64,000 nt of DNA from Torpedo marmorata (Eukaryota). The notes beneath the pieces are model-generated. The model saw only the letters and a program-made list of their open reading frames with translations. It did no database searches and had not been told where the DNA came from. A program made the translations under genes and the position numbers. Of this stretch, positions 1-14,120 are shown one piece after another. The stretch's first letter is position 1. Every line of letters begins with the position of its first letter. The stretch lies in contig OZ360223.1 of NCBI GenBank assembly GCA_977017645.1, positions 47,368,001 to 47,432,000 of the forward strand. The letters are read 5' to 3'.

Positions 1-461
1 GTAATAAATGAGAAAGAATCATAAAATAGTCTGCTTAGTTTCAATGTACAAACTGTTGTGCAATTTACAAAATCTATTAAATTCAAAACTTCCCAAACTT
101 TCTATAACTTCCAATAGTGATAACTTTCCATTTGCAGTATTTCAGTGCCTTGTGTACAATGGGTTCTACTGTGTTTCAATTTCTGAACATTACATATTAT
201 TTTCATTTTTTTTTTATTACATGCTACCTTCAAATTTTATCATCTTGTGTGGAACAAGCGCCATTTTGGGAGGGGAGTTGCAAAAGTGGCAATACCTATG
301 TGCTTTTGTGTTTCACTCAATACCAATGTGAAACCTGGAACATTCAGAATTAAACAGAGACCTTGGATTGCATTAAGATGTATTTATTGTTTGCTGAGTT
401 AGAAATGCAATTTAAAGTCTTATCTTACAGCTGTTTTCATTATTTATAATTTATTATTTAG

Positions 462-674
462 GTCTGGAGGGCGGTAGAGCATTCTTTAATGCAGTTAAAG
501 AAGGAGACACTGTGATATTTGCCAGTGATGATGAACAGGATCGCATCCTTTGGGTTCAGGCAATGTACCGTGCAACTGGTCAGTCCCACAAGCCCATCCC
601 TCCAACTCAAGTCCAAAAACTCAATGCCAAGGGTGGAAATGTACCCCAGTTGGATGCTCCCATCACCCAGTTTT
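462..674 (+). CDS. CADPS: CADPS core exon (C-terminal part of PH domain; [16 protein letters not shown]...DAPITQF)
   Basis: tttag acceptor (AG 460-461), gtaagt donor at 675; translation matches recalled vertebrate CAPS1 sequence ([26 protein letters not shown]). Confidence 0.97.
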
Positions 675-1272
675 GTAAGTTATTAATCATATTTGCTTTA
701 AAATTGCATGCTGCTTAATTATGAATTGTTTTTATTTTGGTAAAAGATGAAATGGCAAAAAGCTGGGATATTTGTTTATATGTTCTGATAGTACAGAATG
801 GGCTTTCCATGTCCCTCAGGTATTTTAAAAGCACGTACTTACATTTAAAAAAATAAACTTGCTTTATTAATTTTTTTTGCTGCTTGTAGAGAAATATTTT
901 GACAAATTGTCCTAAATGTTTTAAAGAAAGTTACCTAAAACTTATTGGTGCCATTAAGCTACAAATTGTTGCTCAGTTTTGTGCTTTGAGAATTATCTGT
1001 AGATTATTACTTTGTCCAGGATTCCAATTCCTGGAACATCAAATTTTGTTGTGCTGTCTTTTATAGATACATGCTCACGATTTTTTTTTAATAGTTTCTG
1101 TTTTGTTACATGATGTTTTGGCAATTCCCAGTTTCATTCCTAACAACAGATGGCCAATAAGTACCTATCTCTCCCTTTGATGATAGATGTTATATTTCCT
1201 GTCTTCCAGTGTTATTCATTCTTTTTACTGATTTTATATTGTTCCTGCTAGTGCACGTTTTACTATTGTAGG

Positions 1273-1552
1273 TGTCAGCTTATCCCTCCGCCTCTTCCTC
1301 CTATCACCTCCGAGCTTCTTACTTTGTTTCCCACTTCTTCCCCCTCTGCCTATCACCTCTCACCTCCTGCTCCTATCCCTTTCCCCATCCTTCCATTCGG
1401 GCTTCTGCCCTCTTCCTTGCCAGTCCTGATCAAGGGTTTTGTCCCCAAATATTGACTGTCCATTGCCTTCCATAGATGCTGCCTGACCCGTGAGTTCCTC
1501 CAGCATTTTGTGTGTTGCTCCAGATTTCCAACATCTGCAGTTTCTCTTGTTT
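1273..1552 (+). mobile_element. Penelope-like element 3' end remnant with degenerate hammerhead motif
   Basis: Pyrimidine-rich tract then cctgatcaagggttttgtccccaaat...gatgctgcctgacccgtgagttcctccagc, similar to the 3' ends at 13990-14120 and 33080-33190. Confidence 0.7.
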
Positions 1553-2954
1553 GTCTTTGTTTGAATGTGGCCCACAGGGTACAAATCAATGGTTTGGGTT
1601 ATGCTGTATCCCATGTTGTGAGGGTGTCAGTGAGTGCACAGCTAATGCAGCCAGAAGTATGTAGGGTAGACAGATTGTGACATCAGTGTTGTTTTGACAC
1701 GAGCGCTCCCATTTTGGAGCTCAGTGCTGTAGCTAATGTCCTCCCTTAATTCATTCTGCGGCAACCGTGCCCCTCTTCCCTCCCTTACCAAGTTTATTAA
1801 AATGGAACACAAGCTGCTGATGGATTTCTGCTGGCTTTTGCCATGATGCTACAAGTGCCTGGTCTTTTTAGAGTTTGTTTTTTTTTTTAAAACATCTCTT
1901 TTGCATGTATGGCCTTTAACATGAAAAAATATCTCAATTTTCAAATAAAATTTCACATCGTGCTGCAGAAGATGATGTAGGAACAAATAATCAGTTTGGT
2001 ACATCTTAAAATAGTCAAGAGAGCAAAAATCAAAAAGAAAGAAATGGAATTCCAGGACTGTGGTCTGAGAGCTTAACATCTCACCACTATTTGTAGAGTC
2101 ATGACGTTTGGTGGCCAGTTACAAGGGCACAAATATATTGGGAATATAGTGCCAAAGGAGGTGATAGAAATAGGAATGGGTGTGACCGTAGAGAATTTTT
2201 AAATGGAAGATTACTTGGCACATTACTTAAACAGTAGCCATTGCAGGGTAATGTCTGAATGGGACTTTGTACTTGTTGAAACGTAGACAGGAGGTTTTTA
2301 AAGACATCTAGTATTTGCAGCGTAGAATGGGGAGGCTATAAAGGGGCAGTATTGGAATAATCTAATCTAGAATTAAACAAAATGAAATATTAGTTTTTCA
2401 GCCCAAGATGCACTGAGGGAGAGACAGCCAAATAACAATGCAAAGTTGAATGTAATCAGTCTTTGAATTAGCTTGGATTGTCAGTCTGAAGCTCTTGGAT
2501 CAGATATTGTGAGCCAAGTTGTTCAATATTGTGAGCAGCTAGCTGTTTCAGATATTTGCCTGGTAAGGGATGGAATTAGTGGTCGGGGAACTAGAGTAGA
2601 ATGTAAACAATACCAGTTGCTTTGATCTTGCTAGCATTCAGTTTGAAAAGATTTGTGCCTGTGATACTATTAGTTGTTGGAAAAGCATTCTGAGAGTTTG
2701 CAAGTACCAAAAGGGTCAATATAATCTTCAGATGCAGCCAGATGTCATTAGCATTCTTGTAGAAAGAGACCATTGGTTTTCAGATGCTGCCATGAATGGG
2801 TAACATGTAGCTGAGGAATAGGAAGTCAAGGATGGATCCAAAAACAATGGCTTAGACGTGGGACAGGAGGCATTGCAGGTGGTTCCCTGACTATATAAAT
2901 GAGAGTAGAGCCAGGAGTGTTCATTCCCTTCCAGCTGATGACAGAGCAGAGAAG

Positions 2955-3083
2955 CACAAAAACTACAGATGCTGGAATCTTGAGCAAACAATGAGATGAT
3001 GGAGGGACTTATTGAGTCAGGCAGCATCCACGGGTAGAAATGATCAGTCAACATTTCAAGTCGGGACTCTTTATCAAGACTGG
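2955..3083 (-). mobile_element. Penelope-like 3' end remnant
   Basis: Reverse complement reads gtcttgataaagagtcccgacttgaaatgttg...gatgctgcctgactc...ttccagcatctgtag. Confidence 0.65.
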
Positions 3084-4514
3084 AAGCACAATGGAGGAAG
3101 AACACACACATCAAAGACTTAAAGTTGATTTAAGAACAACTGGAATGATATGTTACTTATGTTGCTAGCACACTGGATATCCCTTGTGATATTGACTGGA
3201 GGTATTTTACTACCATGCCAGGATTCAAACTGCAGAGATTCTAACGAGATGTAAGGGAATTTGTGAGCCTTCCTTTAAAATAATTGAAGGATTAAAATGG
3301 AAAGAATAACTTTGGGATAGAAGTTTGTAACAAAAATGGAGGAACCTAGGCATGTTTTGTTTTTACTCTTTTGGGAGCTGATGAAGATTGAAGGGAGAAG
3401 GCTACAGAATTTGAGAGGGAGTTGTTAACAACATCAGTTAACGTGGGTATCAGAAAGAAAGGTTTGTTGTTCAGCATTCGATTAAAAAAAAAAGGCCTTA
3501 TGATCACGGTGAACTCAGAGAGAACATGAGGGGGGAATGAAAGACACACTTACAGATCCAGGACTGGCAGAATCCTTGCAAGTTTTTTCCTGTTGAGTAG
3601 GAGAGGCTCGGTTGGAAGCAGCTGAACTTTCTATTGACGCAGAAAAACTTTGAGTTGCCTTCAAAGCTGCTGTGCAAATTAGTTATTCCCAAACAGGATT
3701 ATTAATAGGCCTTGTGAGAAATAGTGTGTGAGAGACATGCATTAGTAAGGATGTCCTCACTGAGATTTAGTATCTGGGCCTGTCACTGCTGTAAACTCGG
3801 CTGAATGGGAACTGTGGTTCAGTGATAGTTAAGGTGACCATGGTAATTAACTTTTAAGCTACAGGCTCCACGCAGGCCAGAGCAGAAGATTTTGGCAAAC
3901 TGCATTGTTTTATGAGCACGGTTTGTCAAATTCAAGACGTCGAACCAACCTAAAAGGGTTCTGTTTAGTCAATGTCCAGCAGGCACGAGACATTGGCAAT
4001 ATATCATGGTTCTTTCATCCATGGTAGTATGCTGTGCAGCTGTATTTTATACTCCACTCCAAACCAAACCTACAGGGTAATAAGGATAGTCAGCTGGCAA
4101 CACCACACCCATCACTGAACCCATTGCAATGTGGGCATTATGCAAAAATCAGATACAGTGCTGCCAGACAGATCATATAATGTACCTTTGCCTATCCAAA
4201 ATAAGAAAGGTACGAGGCAATCTATGGTGAGGCAGGGAGTGTGAGGTGACTCTTTGCACCCTCTGCAGCTTGTACATTGGAATAAATTCTAGGAATGTTG
4301 TAATGAGATGTCAGGAGCACTGGATATCTTGACACAGTCATCACTATAACTTCCACACCTTCACTGGCTGTGGCCTGGATAATGGACCATGCCGTGATCG
4401 TGTGCACTATCCCCTATGTCTAGCTAAGGTGCTGGAGCCACATTTGTCCACTACTGGCCATCTGTTGTGGCCTCCATTTGTGGGACATCCTGCCCTGCAA
4501 GTGACTGGGGTTCA

Positions 4515-4850
4515 TGGTGTGGTTCATGGGATTTGGCACTTGTACCTGGTTCTCTGCCTCACAATGCCAGAGACCCAGGTTCAAGTCTGACTTTTGGTGT
4601 TGTCTGTGTAGAGTTTACACATTCTCTCAGTGATGATATGGGTTTCCTCCGATATCCCAAAGACACGTGGGTTGATAGATTAGTTGACCACTGTAAATTG
4701 CCTCTTGTGTGTTGGTGATGATAGAATCTGGGGGAAGTTTATAAAAATGTAGGGGAGAATAAAAATGGTTTTAATGATGAATTAGTGTAAATGGGTGTTT
4801 GGTTCACACAGGCTGAATGGGCCAAAGGCCTGTTTAGATGATGTAAGTCT
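4515..4850 (+). mobile_element. Degenerate tRNA-derived V-SINE (HE1-like)
   Basis: B-box-like gacccaggttcaagtc, V-domain gagtttacacattctc...gggtttcctcc, 3' atgggccaaaggcctgtt. Confidence 0.65.
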
Positions 4851-5229
4851 CCATGATCACCTGGGCCTTGTCGAGTAGATCATTTCTGTTCTTTGCTCCA
4901 ATGTCTTCATCATTAGCGCCAATGCAGTGCTGGAGAATCAAGGAGTCCACTTTGTACCATGGCTCAAAAAGTCAAACAATGACTTTTATGGAAACTACCT
5001 GCTGCAGTTACAATGTATCCTTAAATGCCAGCAACTAATGGTACCTGTGATGATATTGTCTCCCTGCTGAAGCATGCAGCCATTGAACAACACAAAGAAC
5101 ATTGGCAGCACATGTTGATCACCTGGTTTAGCAGTAGAAACAAAGTTGGCATTTAGACTGCATCTGAAGTATTGGTTGTAGGTTAATTGCACATTGCATC
5201 AGATTTAGCTCCTAGGATTTTGTATTGTA

Positions 5230-5668
5230 ATATTTTAGAGTATGGTGGAAAGAGGAGAAAAAAATTGCAGAAGTTTTATCAGAACTAAGAAGATGTGAAG
5301 ATCGGGAAAGATTGAGATATATTTAAAAAAGCAGAAACTACAAGGAAATAAGAGGAATTTAAAACTTTAACCTTTGGGAAAGGTGGATGTGTTCTGAACT
5401 GCAGATGTCAATGAGAAACGGGAATAAATCACATCAAGAATTTAGGAAGAATTTCCTGACATGGAGAGTGATGGGAATGTGAAACTTGTTATGTAAGGAA
5501 GTGATAGAAGCAGGAATCAATTATGCATTTATGGAGAATTTGATCCAAGAGAGAGGGAATTGGAGGGATAGGAGGCAGTATTTGGAGTGATTTAGAGATA
5601 GAGACGGTTCTCATGGGTGGCATACATCAGCACAGTTGAGTTAAGCTGAATTACTTTTTGTTCTGTTA
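5230..5668 (+). mobile_element. Old, degraded CR1-like LINE 3' fragment
   Basis: Decayed similarity to the CR1 3' end at 7494-7985 (gaatttaggaagaatttcct...agagtg). Confidence 0.45.
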
Positions 5669-6354
5669 CAGGTACAATGTCAAATTTGATTTGTTAGTTT
5701 GCCCTTTTTATCTGATTATTATGGGATCAGTTGCACCTTCTATTATTATATTTTCCACTTTGCTCTTCAATTAAAACCAAAGCCAACTACCTAGTTAGTG
5801 TCTCTCCCACTTTAGTATCTTCATCCAACAATATTTAAAAAGCTGCAGGTTGACTGTGTCACAAGAGGGGAATTCAGTGCAAAAAAATCTGTTAACAGTG
5901 TGACCAACTATTAGCTTATAGAGCAGAAAAGTGAGCAACAAGAGGCACCCGTAAGTATATAGATATGACTTTGGTACATTTGGGTATGGAACTAATCTTC
6001 AGAGTGTACTTTCCATGTAAAGGCTTTGATAGTTGAAATGGAAAGAATGCACCTTATTGAAGAAAAGCTGGTGGCCTAGAAATTGGATCAGATGTGCCAA
6101 TTTTACGTGTTAAATATGTAACCAATGAGTTTTTCGATATGGCAAGCAGCAAGTTTGGACCGATAGTGCACTGTCCTCCATGTTCGATTGGGTTCGGTAT
6201 AAAATTTGAATCAGTATTCCACACTGCAGCCACAACTGGAGTCTCCAATGTGATCTTTTTTACCAAAAATTTCCAAATTTGCAGTTTTTCATCATGGCAG
6301 GGAGGACACCAAAGCTGAATGTTAAATCACCAGCAAAGGTTCTGTTGAGATAAC

Positions 6355-6600
6355 GGCACGGTTAGCGTAGCAATTAGCGCAACACTATTACAGCACCAGT
6401 GACCCAGGTTCGAATTCGGTGCTGTTTGTAAGTAGTTTGTACATTCTCCCTGTGTCTGTGTGGGCTTCCTCCGGGTGCTCCAGTTTCCTCCCACCCTTCA
6501 AAATGTCCAGGGAGTTGCAGGTTAATTGGGGTGTTTGGGCAGCACAGGTTCATGGGCCACAAGGGCCTGTTACCTTCCAGTAAATTTAAATTTAAAATTA
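6355..6600 (+). mobile_element. tRNA-derived V-SINE (HE1-like)
   Basis: A/B-box head (gacccaggttcgaattc), V-domain ttctccctgtgtctgtgtgggcttcctccgggtgctccagtttcctccca, LINE-like tail aagggcctgttacc. Confidence 0.8.
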
Positions 6601-7493
6601 CCTTGACTGCAAATCACTCGCTTCATTGTGGGCATATGCTGGATTACCGTAGTTTCTGATCCATGGTGCCCAAGCTTGCTGACCTGCTCCCCAGTGCAGC
6701 CAGCATTTCTCCTCATTTACTTTCAGGCTTGGTTGATAAACAGGGTCCTAAAAATGAGCACCAGTGACGTCAGTCCTACCCCCACTAAATACAACACAGA
6801 TTGTGGCTAATAATTCACCAACTGAACCTCAACTTTAAACTTTAATGTTATGATAAAACTTGACAGTTGCTCCTTCCTCAGATGAGAACCTACCACTAAT
6901 CTATTGTTCCCTTCACCTACCACCCCCACCTCCCCTGCCCGAAAGTGGAATCACAGCCTCAATATTTGCAAGTCCTGAAAATCAGAGGAGTTGAAGCTTT
7001 CCAAGGAGAGGGAAGAAGGGGAAAAGCTATGGAGAAATTCCGTTTGACTGGGTCTTACAGTCCCAACAACAGGTGCCTCCCTCCATCAGCCCCATTCCCC
7101 TCAGCCCTGGGAAACAGCGCAGAGGCAGGTTCCACCACCTCAGTCGGCAGTTTTCATCTTGCATGTGACCCTTTTACTGCAAGAGTAAATAGGTTCATTA
7201 GCCTCTTGAGGCTATTTTGAGAATCTGCCAATCACGATCATTCAATTCATACATCGTTTGCAGACATGATGTGTAGTGGAATGCTGCAATAGAGGTGAGA
7301 GGTGCAGCATGTGTGAGAGGAAGCAGGGTATAGTTTGGAGATTGTAGTGGAAAGGAGTGCTGTGAGTGGTGAGACTGCAGGCGTGAGTCATTAACATCAC
7401 ACTTTTACCTTTACAATTATAGTGAGGTTATTGAACTTTTATTGGCATTGCAACTATATCTTGGGAGCTAATCTCCTGAGTTTACTTCCTCAG

Positions 7494-7985
7494 AGAGTTC
7501 AGAGAAGATTCACAAGAATGATTCCTGGAATGAAGGGATTAGCATATAAGGAATGTTTGATGGCTCTTTGATGGTACTCCTTGGGGTTCAGAAAAATGAG
7601 GGGGAACCTCATAGAAGCATTTTTAATGGTGAAAGGCCTGGACAGAGTAGATGTGGCAAAGTTGTTTCCCATGATATGGGAATCAAGGACAAGAGGGCAC
7701 GACGTCAGGATTGAAGGGGGCCCATTTAAAACAGAGATGTGGAGGAATTTCTTTAGCCAGAGAGTGGTGAACATCTGGAATTTGCTACCACGGGTGGCTG
7801 TGGAGGTCAGGTTGTTGGATGTATTTAAGGCAGAGATCGATAGATATCTGAATAGTCAGGGCATCAAAGGTTATGGAGAGAAGACAGGGATTGGGGCTGA
7901 GTGGGAGAATGGATCAGCTCATGGTGGAGTGGTGGACACAATGGGCTGAATGGCCTCCTTCTTCTCCTATATCTTATGATCTTTT
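7494..7985 (+). mobile_element. CR1 (HER1-like) LINE 3' fragment, ORF2 C-terminus plus 3' UTR
   Basis: RGNLIEAF...RTRGH...RNFFSQRVVNIWNLLP motif; tail atgggctgaatggcctccttc...cttatgatctt. Confidence 0.9.
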
Positions 7986-9799
7986 AACATCAGATTTAGA
8001 TTTCATCATATAAATCCTGCTCCCAGCCTCTCACCAATCAGGCAAATATTAAATAAGCAGTGTGGGTAATGTTGGCTGCCTGCCTGATTCATTATTTTGA
8101 GCAGTCTGTGCAAATTACATGACATCCTGGCACACACATGGACAGCACTACACTTTTCAAAGCGCGATCAAATTTCTAGGCCATGTCAAAAACTTGAACT
8201 AACAATTTTAAAATCAGAAGAAGCAAGTGGCTCATATAACTATAAAAGTTCAAATACAATAAATATTGCTACACAAAATATGGCTAACATAAGTAGTATG
8301 AAGTTATATATGAAATGATCTTTGAGTTTTTAAATGTTAAATTGTCCAACTGGAAAGTAATAGATCCTGCTATTCATGAAAACAAAAATTTCAAGTTTAA
8401 TTGTATATATTTGGACATAAACCTTTTGAACAAAAGCTTATATTAGCTGTGTATTTGAGTTAATACTTGAAAAGTGAACTATCAATTTGCATATTTTAAC
8501 CTGGGTTGAATACCTGCTGGATTTGGTGAAATTGTGCAATGCATTAATTGTTAGAAATTTGAAAACAGTACTACATCATAGAACCTATGAACTGGAATGT
8601 AAGAGATATTTTACAGGAGAGCTATTAGATTTAATATATGTGGACTTTTCCCACTGTTAAGATTTTTAGATTTTTTTTAAATGCCATTTTGACAAAGGCT
8701 GATGTTTATTAGCATGTAAAATCTGTAGTTGATAAATAGTTTATTAGTTACCTATTTTAAGAAAAATAATAATGATAGCATGCTGTATGTTAACCCTTTG
8801 CTCCCATATTAAGGCCATGGATCATCCACAAGATTTAGCCCTTATTTACAGTGAATTCACTGGCCGCTTTTTGCTTAAAAGTGTTACTTTGTATTTTTAT
8901 GTGAAAGTGTGCAATGATTTTTGTGGAGATATGGCCTTTTATTTTGCCTCTCTGACAGAATACCTAAGGGACATGTTTACATAAAAATAAATTCTAATGA
9001 ATGTACCACAGCAAACCATACTCCAGTCAATGGGTTAAAAAGGAGGCAATTCAACACAAAAGCATTTGATAACCTTTGAGGAATAGGAAAGAAATTGATT
9101 GTAAAATATTTTACAATGTATACTTGAACTAAGATTGGACAGTGATACATAATGATTATAGAATTTCTTGATAAATCACTGTTGTTTCACACTAACCTTT
9201 CAGTAATAATCATATAGCAATACATTTTCAATATGAATGTTCAAGCACATTAATGACAGAATGATCTCCCACAGTGTTAGTGTAAAATAAGACCCAAAAT
9301 CCAGTGTTCACTCCAATGAAATTAGTATAATATATTTTAGAATGTAAAACCAATAGATCGGCAACTGTGAGGCTCAATGCTTCCTGCCTTCTTCCTCCAT
9401 ATTATCTGAACACTTAAACATTGATTAATTTACTGTCTGTTAATTATGTTAAATTATTCATTATTCCCAATGATGCTCCTGCACTAGTTGCTGTGCTCCT
9501 TCGCAAAAACTTCTTCAGTATTAGGCCTGTCTCATTTAAATGCTCTGGGTAAACCTCTGGGGGTCAGTCAGCTGTGTGCTTTAAGTGCCTAATATAAATT
9601 AAGTGATTGAAAGCAGTTTTACTTTAATGAGCGAGAAGTGGTTTGTACAAAAAATGAGATCAAGTAGATTATGTGAAAATATATAGAGCATATAGAAGTA
9701 GCTCAAGTTAAATGTTACTGTCTAAATCAAAATTGAATCATGTTGGGACAAACAAAGTCAGATAGTTGGCATTTGTGTTGAGAAGAAATCATGCTCTTC

Positions 9800-10260
9800 C
9801 CAACTGAAAAACAGTAGTAGAATTAGACTCCTTAACCTTGAGCCAGGTCCACAATTCAATAAGATCATGGCTAATTTTTGACTAACTCTATGTGCCTGCC
9901 TTGGGCCCACATCCATTCTCGCAACAGACCAAAGGAAATCTATCACTGTCTGGTTTACAGTTAACAATGTCAACTGCTTTTTGCCAAAGATAGTTGTAGA
10001 CTTCGACAACCTTTTGTGTCTAACTTAACTCCTGATAGTCTGAGCACGAGAACAATATCCAATCACCTTTAATCTTTTAAATTCTGGGGTATAGAACATT
10101 AGCTTATGTAATATCTCTCTGCAATGTAACCTTCGGAGTTCAAGTTTCAATTAAGTAACAACACCGCACTTGCTCCAAGAGCAAACTATCAGCTCTCAGG
10201 TGGGATCACAGAACCGAACACAATATTGCTGAAATCTAATCAGGGATAACTGTGGCTTGC
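9800..10260 (-). mobile_element. Degraded CR1-like LINE 3' fragment
   Basis: caattcaataagatcatggct motif shared with the CR1 tail at 12625-12970. Confidence 0.5.
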
Positions 10261-11589
10261 TTCTAACCCCTTGTTTTTGAAGCTCTCAAGAGAAAATTAT
10301 GGTAATGTAATCAGGAGAAAAAAAAGAAGAAAGGTTTTATTCATGCTCTGAGAGAAATCATGAAGGAAAATAATGTAACTACCAGCCAGCTAAGTAATAG
10401 ACATAAGTATTGACATTATAGAAACAAAGGATGTATAAATAGTTAAGGAAGCTGCAACATGGCCCAGTCATCAAACAAACCACCCCTCCCTTCTCTGATC
10501 CCAACGAGATCATTCCCCACTGCGGCTCACTTTTCTAGCTCTTATGTTTTCATCTATTTTTTTCTATTGTTGCAAAAGCAGGAGATCCATATTTAACATG
10601 CATCCCATTCACTTTGTTTCACATAGTAATCCACTTTCCATGTGAAGAAGTAGCTTCCCTTTACTTATTCTGAACGAGTACGTTGGAGCAGCCTTCTCCT
10701 CACATGCCAGCATTTACGGTCAGAAGTATGTAGCTTTCTTCAGAGGTCCAGCACTGGCGTGGATTTAAGATGGCAGAGGCATCTTCCTCAATGCCACCTG
10801 TGCTGCCAAATGCCCCTGTATAGTGCTGGTGGACTCCCCATGGAGTCTTCTCAGCCTGGGAGACTGCCTGCTGAGCCTGCGCCAGGTTAGAACTGGCACA
10901 AGTTAAATGGCCTCATTGAAATGAAGAGTAAAAAAACAACTGCAGGACAAGTTAAGCATAATTGGTTGCTTTTTAGTGTGTGAATAATTCATCATATTTT
11001 AGTGTTTATTTTACTTAATAATTATTTTGCAATGCTTTTTATTTTCAATAGTTTCTGTGTAATTTGGAATGTAACTAGCAAAGACATTCACAAGTTTTCA
11101 ATTTCAGTGGCAGTTTTGGCAGCCATTGGGCCAGAAATTGGGGCTTTACCAGATGTCAAAGGTATTCTGTGAGTACAAGCAGCCACTTGCACAGGGTAAC
11201 ACCAATACGTAGCCAGCTTCCTAGTGGAGGACTGCACCCAGGTCTTCACTGGAAGAAGCAGTCAATTCGAAGGACAAGCAGTAATCCTGGGATCAGCACA
11301 ATATCTGCAATATTATATTCAGCACTCTGTTCTCTGTGTATTGAAAAGCTGAACAATGATTGGGTGATCACATTCCCAAATTCCTTCTGCAGATAAGATA
11401 TCATGAGTTTCATAAAGGTCACAGCAAACTTGAATAATATTGCATAATTCTCCTAACATTTTAGCAAACTTCTGAATGTAGAATAGTACAGCACAGGTCC
11501 TTTGGCCTACCGTTTATATTGACTATGATGCCTATTTAAACTGCACATCTGCTTCCACATGGTCTTTATCCCTCCATTCTCAGCCAGAC

Positions 11590-14120
11590 ACCAACTCTCT
11601 TGATACCTTATCATACATATCCTGGACCAGAACCCCACTAACAATCACATCACATCAGGAGATCTCTGCTCCACAGCCCCAACATGATAGTGCCTCAACC
11701 TCCCACTTCCTGCCTTCATCTTCTACCACAAATCAGACTGGCTTGGGCAGGCCCATTGATTCTGCATGCTCTTGCCCCACCAAACTTATCTCCACATATC
11801 TTGACTCCATCCTTTCTCCCCTTGCCAAAACACTTCCCACCTACATCCACAATACCTCCCATGCCTTTCATCATTTTGACAACTTCAGATTCCCTGGTCT
11901 CCACTGTTTCATCTTCACCATGGATGTCCTATCTCCATCCCCCAACAGCAAGATCTTAAAGACCTCCTCTTCTTTCTGGAACAATGTTCTGACCAGCTTT
12001 CCCCCCCGCCCCCTGCCCCCCAAAATACTCTCATCTGCCTGGCAGAAGTTGTTTGCAGCCTTAATAACTTCTCTTTTGATGCCTCTCATTTTCTTCAAGT
12101 CAAAGGCACTCGCATGGGTCCCAGTTATGCCGCCCTTTTTGTTAGCTCAGTGGAACAGTCTTTGTTCTGGCACCATTGTCCCTCCATTTCATTGATGACT
12201 GCATTGTGCAAAATTTGACAGTGTTTTCAGCTTTGCTATGAACTTCCACTCTGCTCTGAAATTCACTTGCACCATTTCTGACACTTCTCTTCCCTTTCTA
12301 GATATCTCTGCCTCAATCCCAGGTGACAAGCTAATATACTAACATTCACTACAAACCCACCGACTCCCACAGCTACCTTGACTATACCACCTCCCACCCA
12401 ATCTCCTGCAATGATGCCATCCCTTTCTCCCGGTTTCTCTGCCTCCGTTGCATCTGCTCTCAAGATGAGGCCTTCCATTCCAGGGCATTTGAAGTGTCCT
12501 CCTTTTTCAAGCAAGGCATATTCCCCTCTACTGCATTCAATAGAGTTATCTCACACATTTCCTCCATTTCTTGGAGTTCCACTTTACCCCCACCCCTTCC
12601 ACCCCCTCCCCCACACCCACCAAACAGAACATAAGAACATAAGAAAGTAGGAACAGGAGTAGGCCAACCGGCCAATCGAGCCTGCCCCACCATTCAATAA
12701 GATCATGGCTGATCTGATCAATGACCTAACTCCACCTACCTTCCCTTTCCCCATATCCCCTAATTCCTTTTTTATGTAAAAATCTATCCAACTGAACCTT
12801 AAATATGTTCAATGAAGCAGCCTCAACCGCTTCCCTGGGTAGAGAATTCCACAAATTCACCACTCTTTGGGAAAAACTGTTTTTCCTCATCTCTGTCCTA
12901 AATCTACTCCCCGAATCTTGAGGCTGTGTCCCCTAGTTTTGGTCTCACCCGCCAGTGAAAAAAATCTACCAGTCTCCGCCTTCAGCACATTATCCTCCGT
13001 CATTTCCGTCAGCTGCAACTAGACCCCGCCACCAGTTACATCTACCCCTCCCCACCCCCTTATGCCTTCCGCAGGGATTGCTCCCTCCATGAATCCCTCG
13101 TCAACTCATCTGTCCCACATGCCTCTCCATGACCCCTGGTACTTTTTCTGCATCAATATGTGATTTTACACATCCTCCCTTACCATCATCCAGGGGCTTA
13201 AACAGCCCTTCTATGTGAGGCAAAGTTGCACATGCACCACTTCTAATCACATCTGCTGCATTTGGTGCTCCAATACAGCCTCCTCTACATTGGTGAAACC
13301 ATACAGACTTGGGGAGTGTTTCATAGAGCATCTACACTCTGTCCATAAGGGCATCCTGACTTCCTGGGTGCACACCATTTCAATTCCCCTTCCCATTCCC
13401 ACATCGACCTATATGTCCTGGGCCTTGTCTACTGCCAGAGTGAGGTCCAATGTAAATTGGAGGAACAACACCCAATTTTCCACCTGGGCAGTCTACAGCA
13501 CAATGGCACAAATGTAGAATTCTCTACTTTCAAGCAATTATTCCTTCACTTCTTCTGTACCTCCTGCTCTTTCCCACCCCTTTCTATGTCCCATTTCCCA
13601 CCGACTACCACCACAAAGCCCCCCTGCCCATTCTCATCCCCACTCCTCTTTCATTCCAGCCCCTTCCACCCTCATCCCCACTGGACTTTTCTCTTCCCCC
13701 ACCCACTTTCAGTTCCATCTGTTCTCTCTTTATATCACCATTGTCACCTTGTCTTATCACATTCCAGCACTGGGAGCTGTTGTCTTCTAATCCCCCACTC
13801 CAACCTGTATGTCTCGTTCTCCTCTACTTGAGCTCTTTGTTTTTTTTTGTCTCTCTCTCTCTCTCTCTCTCTCCCTTTGCCTGGCATCTGCAAATCTACT
13901 GTTCCTGTCTGTCATGCTTCACCTCTCCCTGGTTCACCAACTCCTCTTGGGCCCCTGTCCTACTCTTCTCAGCCTGTTCTCTTCCCACTAGAGTCTTGAT
14001 AAAGGGGTTCGGCCCGAAACATCATCATTCTATTTTTTCCCAATGATGCTGCTCGACCTGCTGAGTTTTTCCATCAGATTGTGTTTAGTTTGAGATTTCA
14101 GGACCTTGCAGTCTTCTGTG
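11590..14120 (+). mobile_element. Degraded Penelope-like retroelement (RT, GIY-YIG, 3' end with hammerhead remnant)
   Basis: Frameshifted PLE RT peptides (GRPIDSACSCPTKLISTYLDSILSPL; FTMDV), GIY-YIG C-terminus (EEQHPIFHLGSLQHNG), ttgataaaggggttcggcccgaaacatc at 13996-14023. Confidence 0.85.
12625..12968 (-). mobile_element. CR1-like LINE 3' end nested in the Penelope element
   Basis: (gaacataa)n tail and gtaggcc...caccattcaataagatcatggctgatct 3' UTR interrupt the PLE sequence. Confidence 0.8.

Noticed and set aside
8-353. Short ORFs at the window start
   Set aside because: Low-complexity AT-rich intron sequence with no motif or splice support
6355-6425. tRNA gene
   Set aside because: A/B-box-like head continues into V-SINE body and tail; no complete cloverleaf
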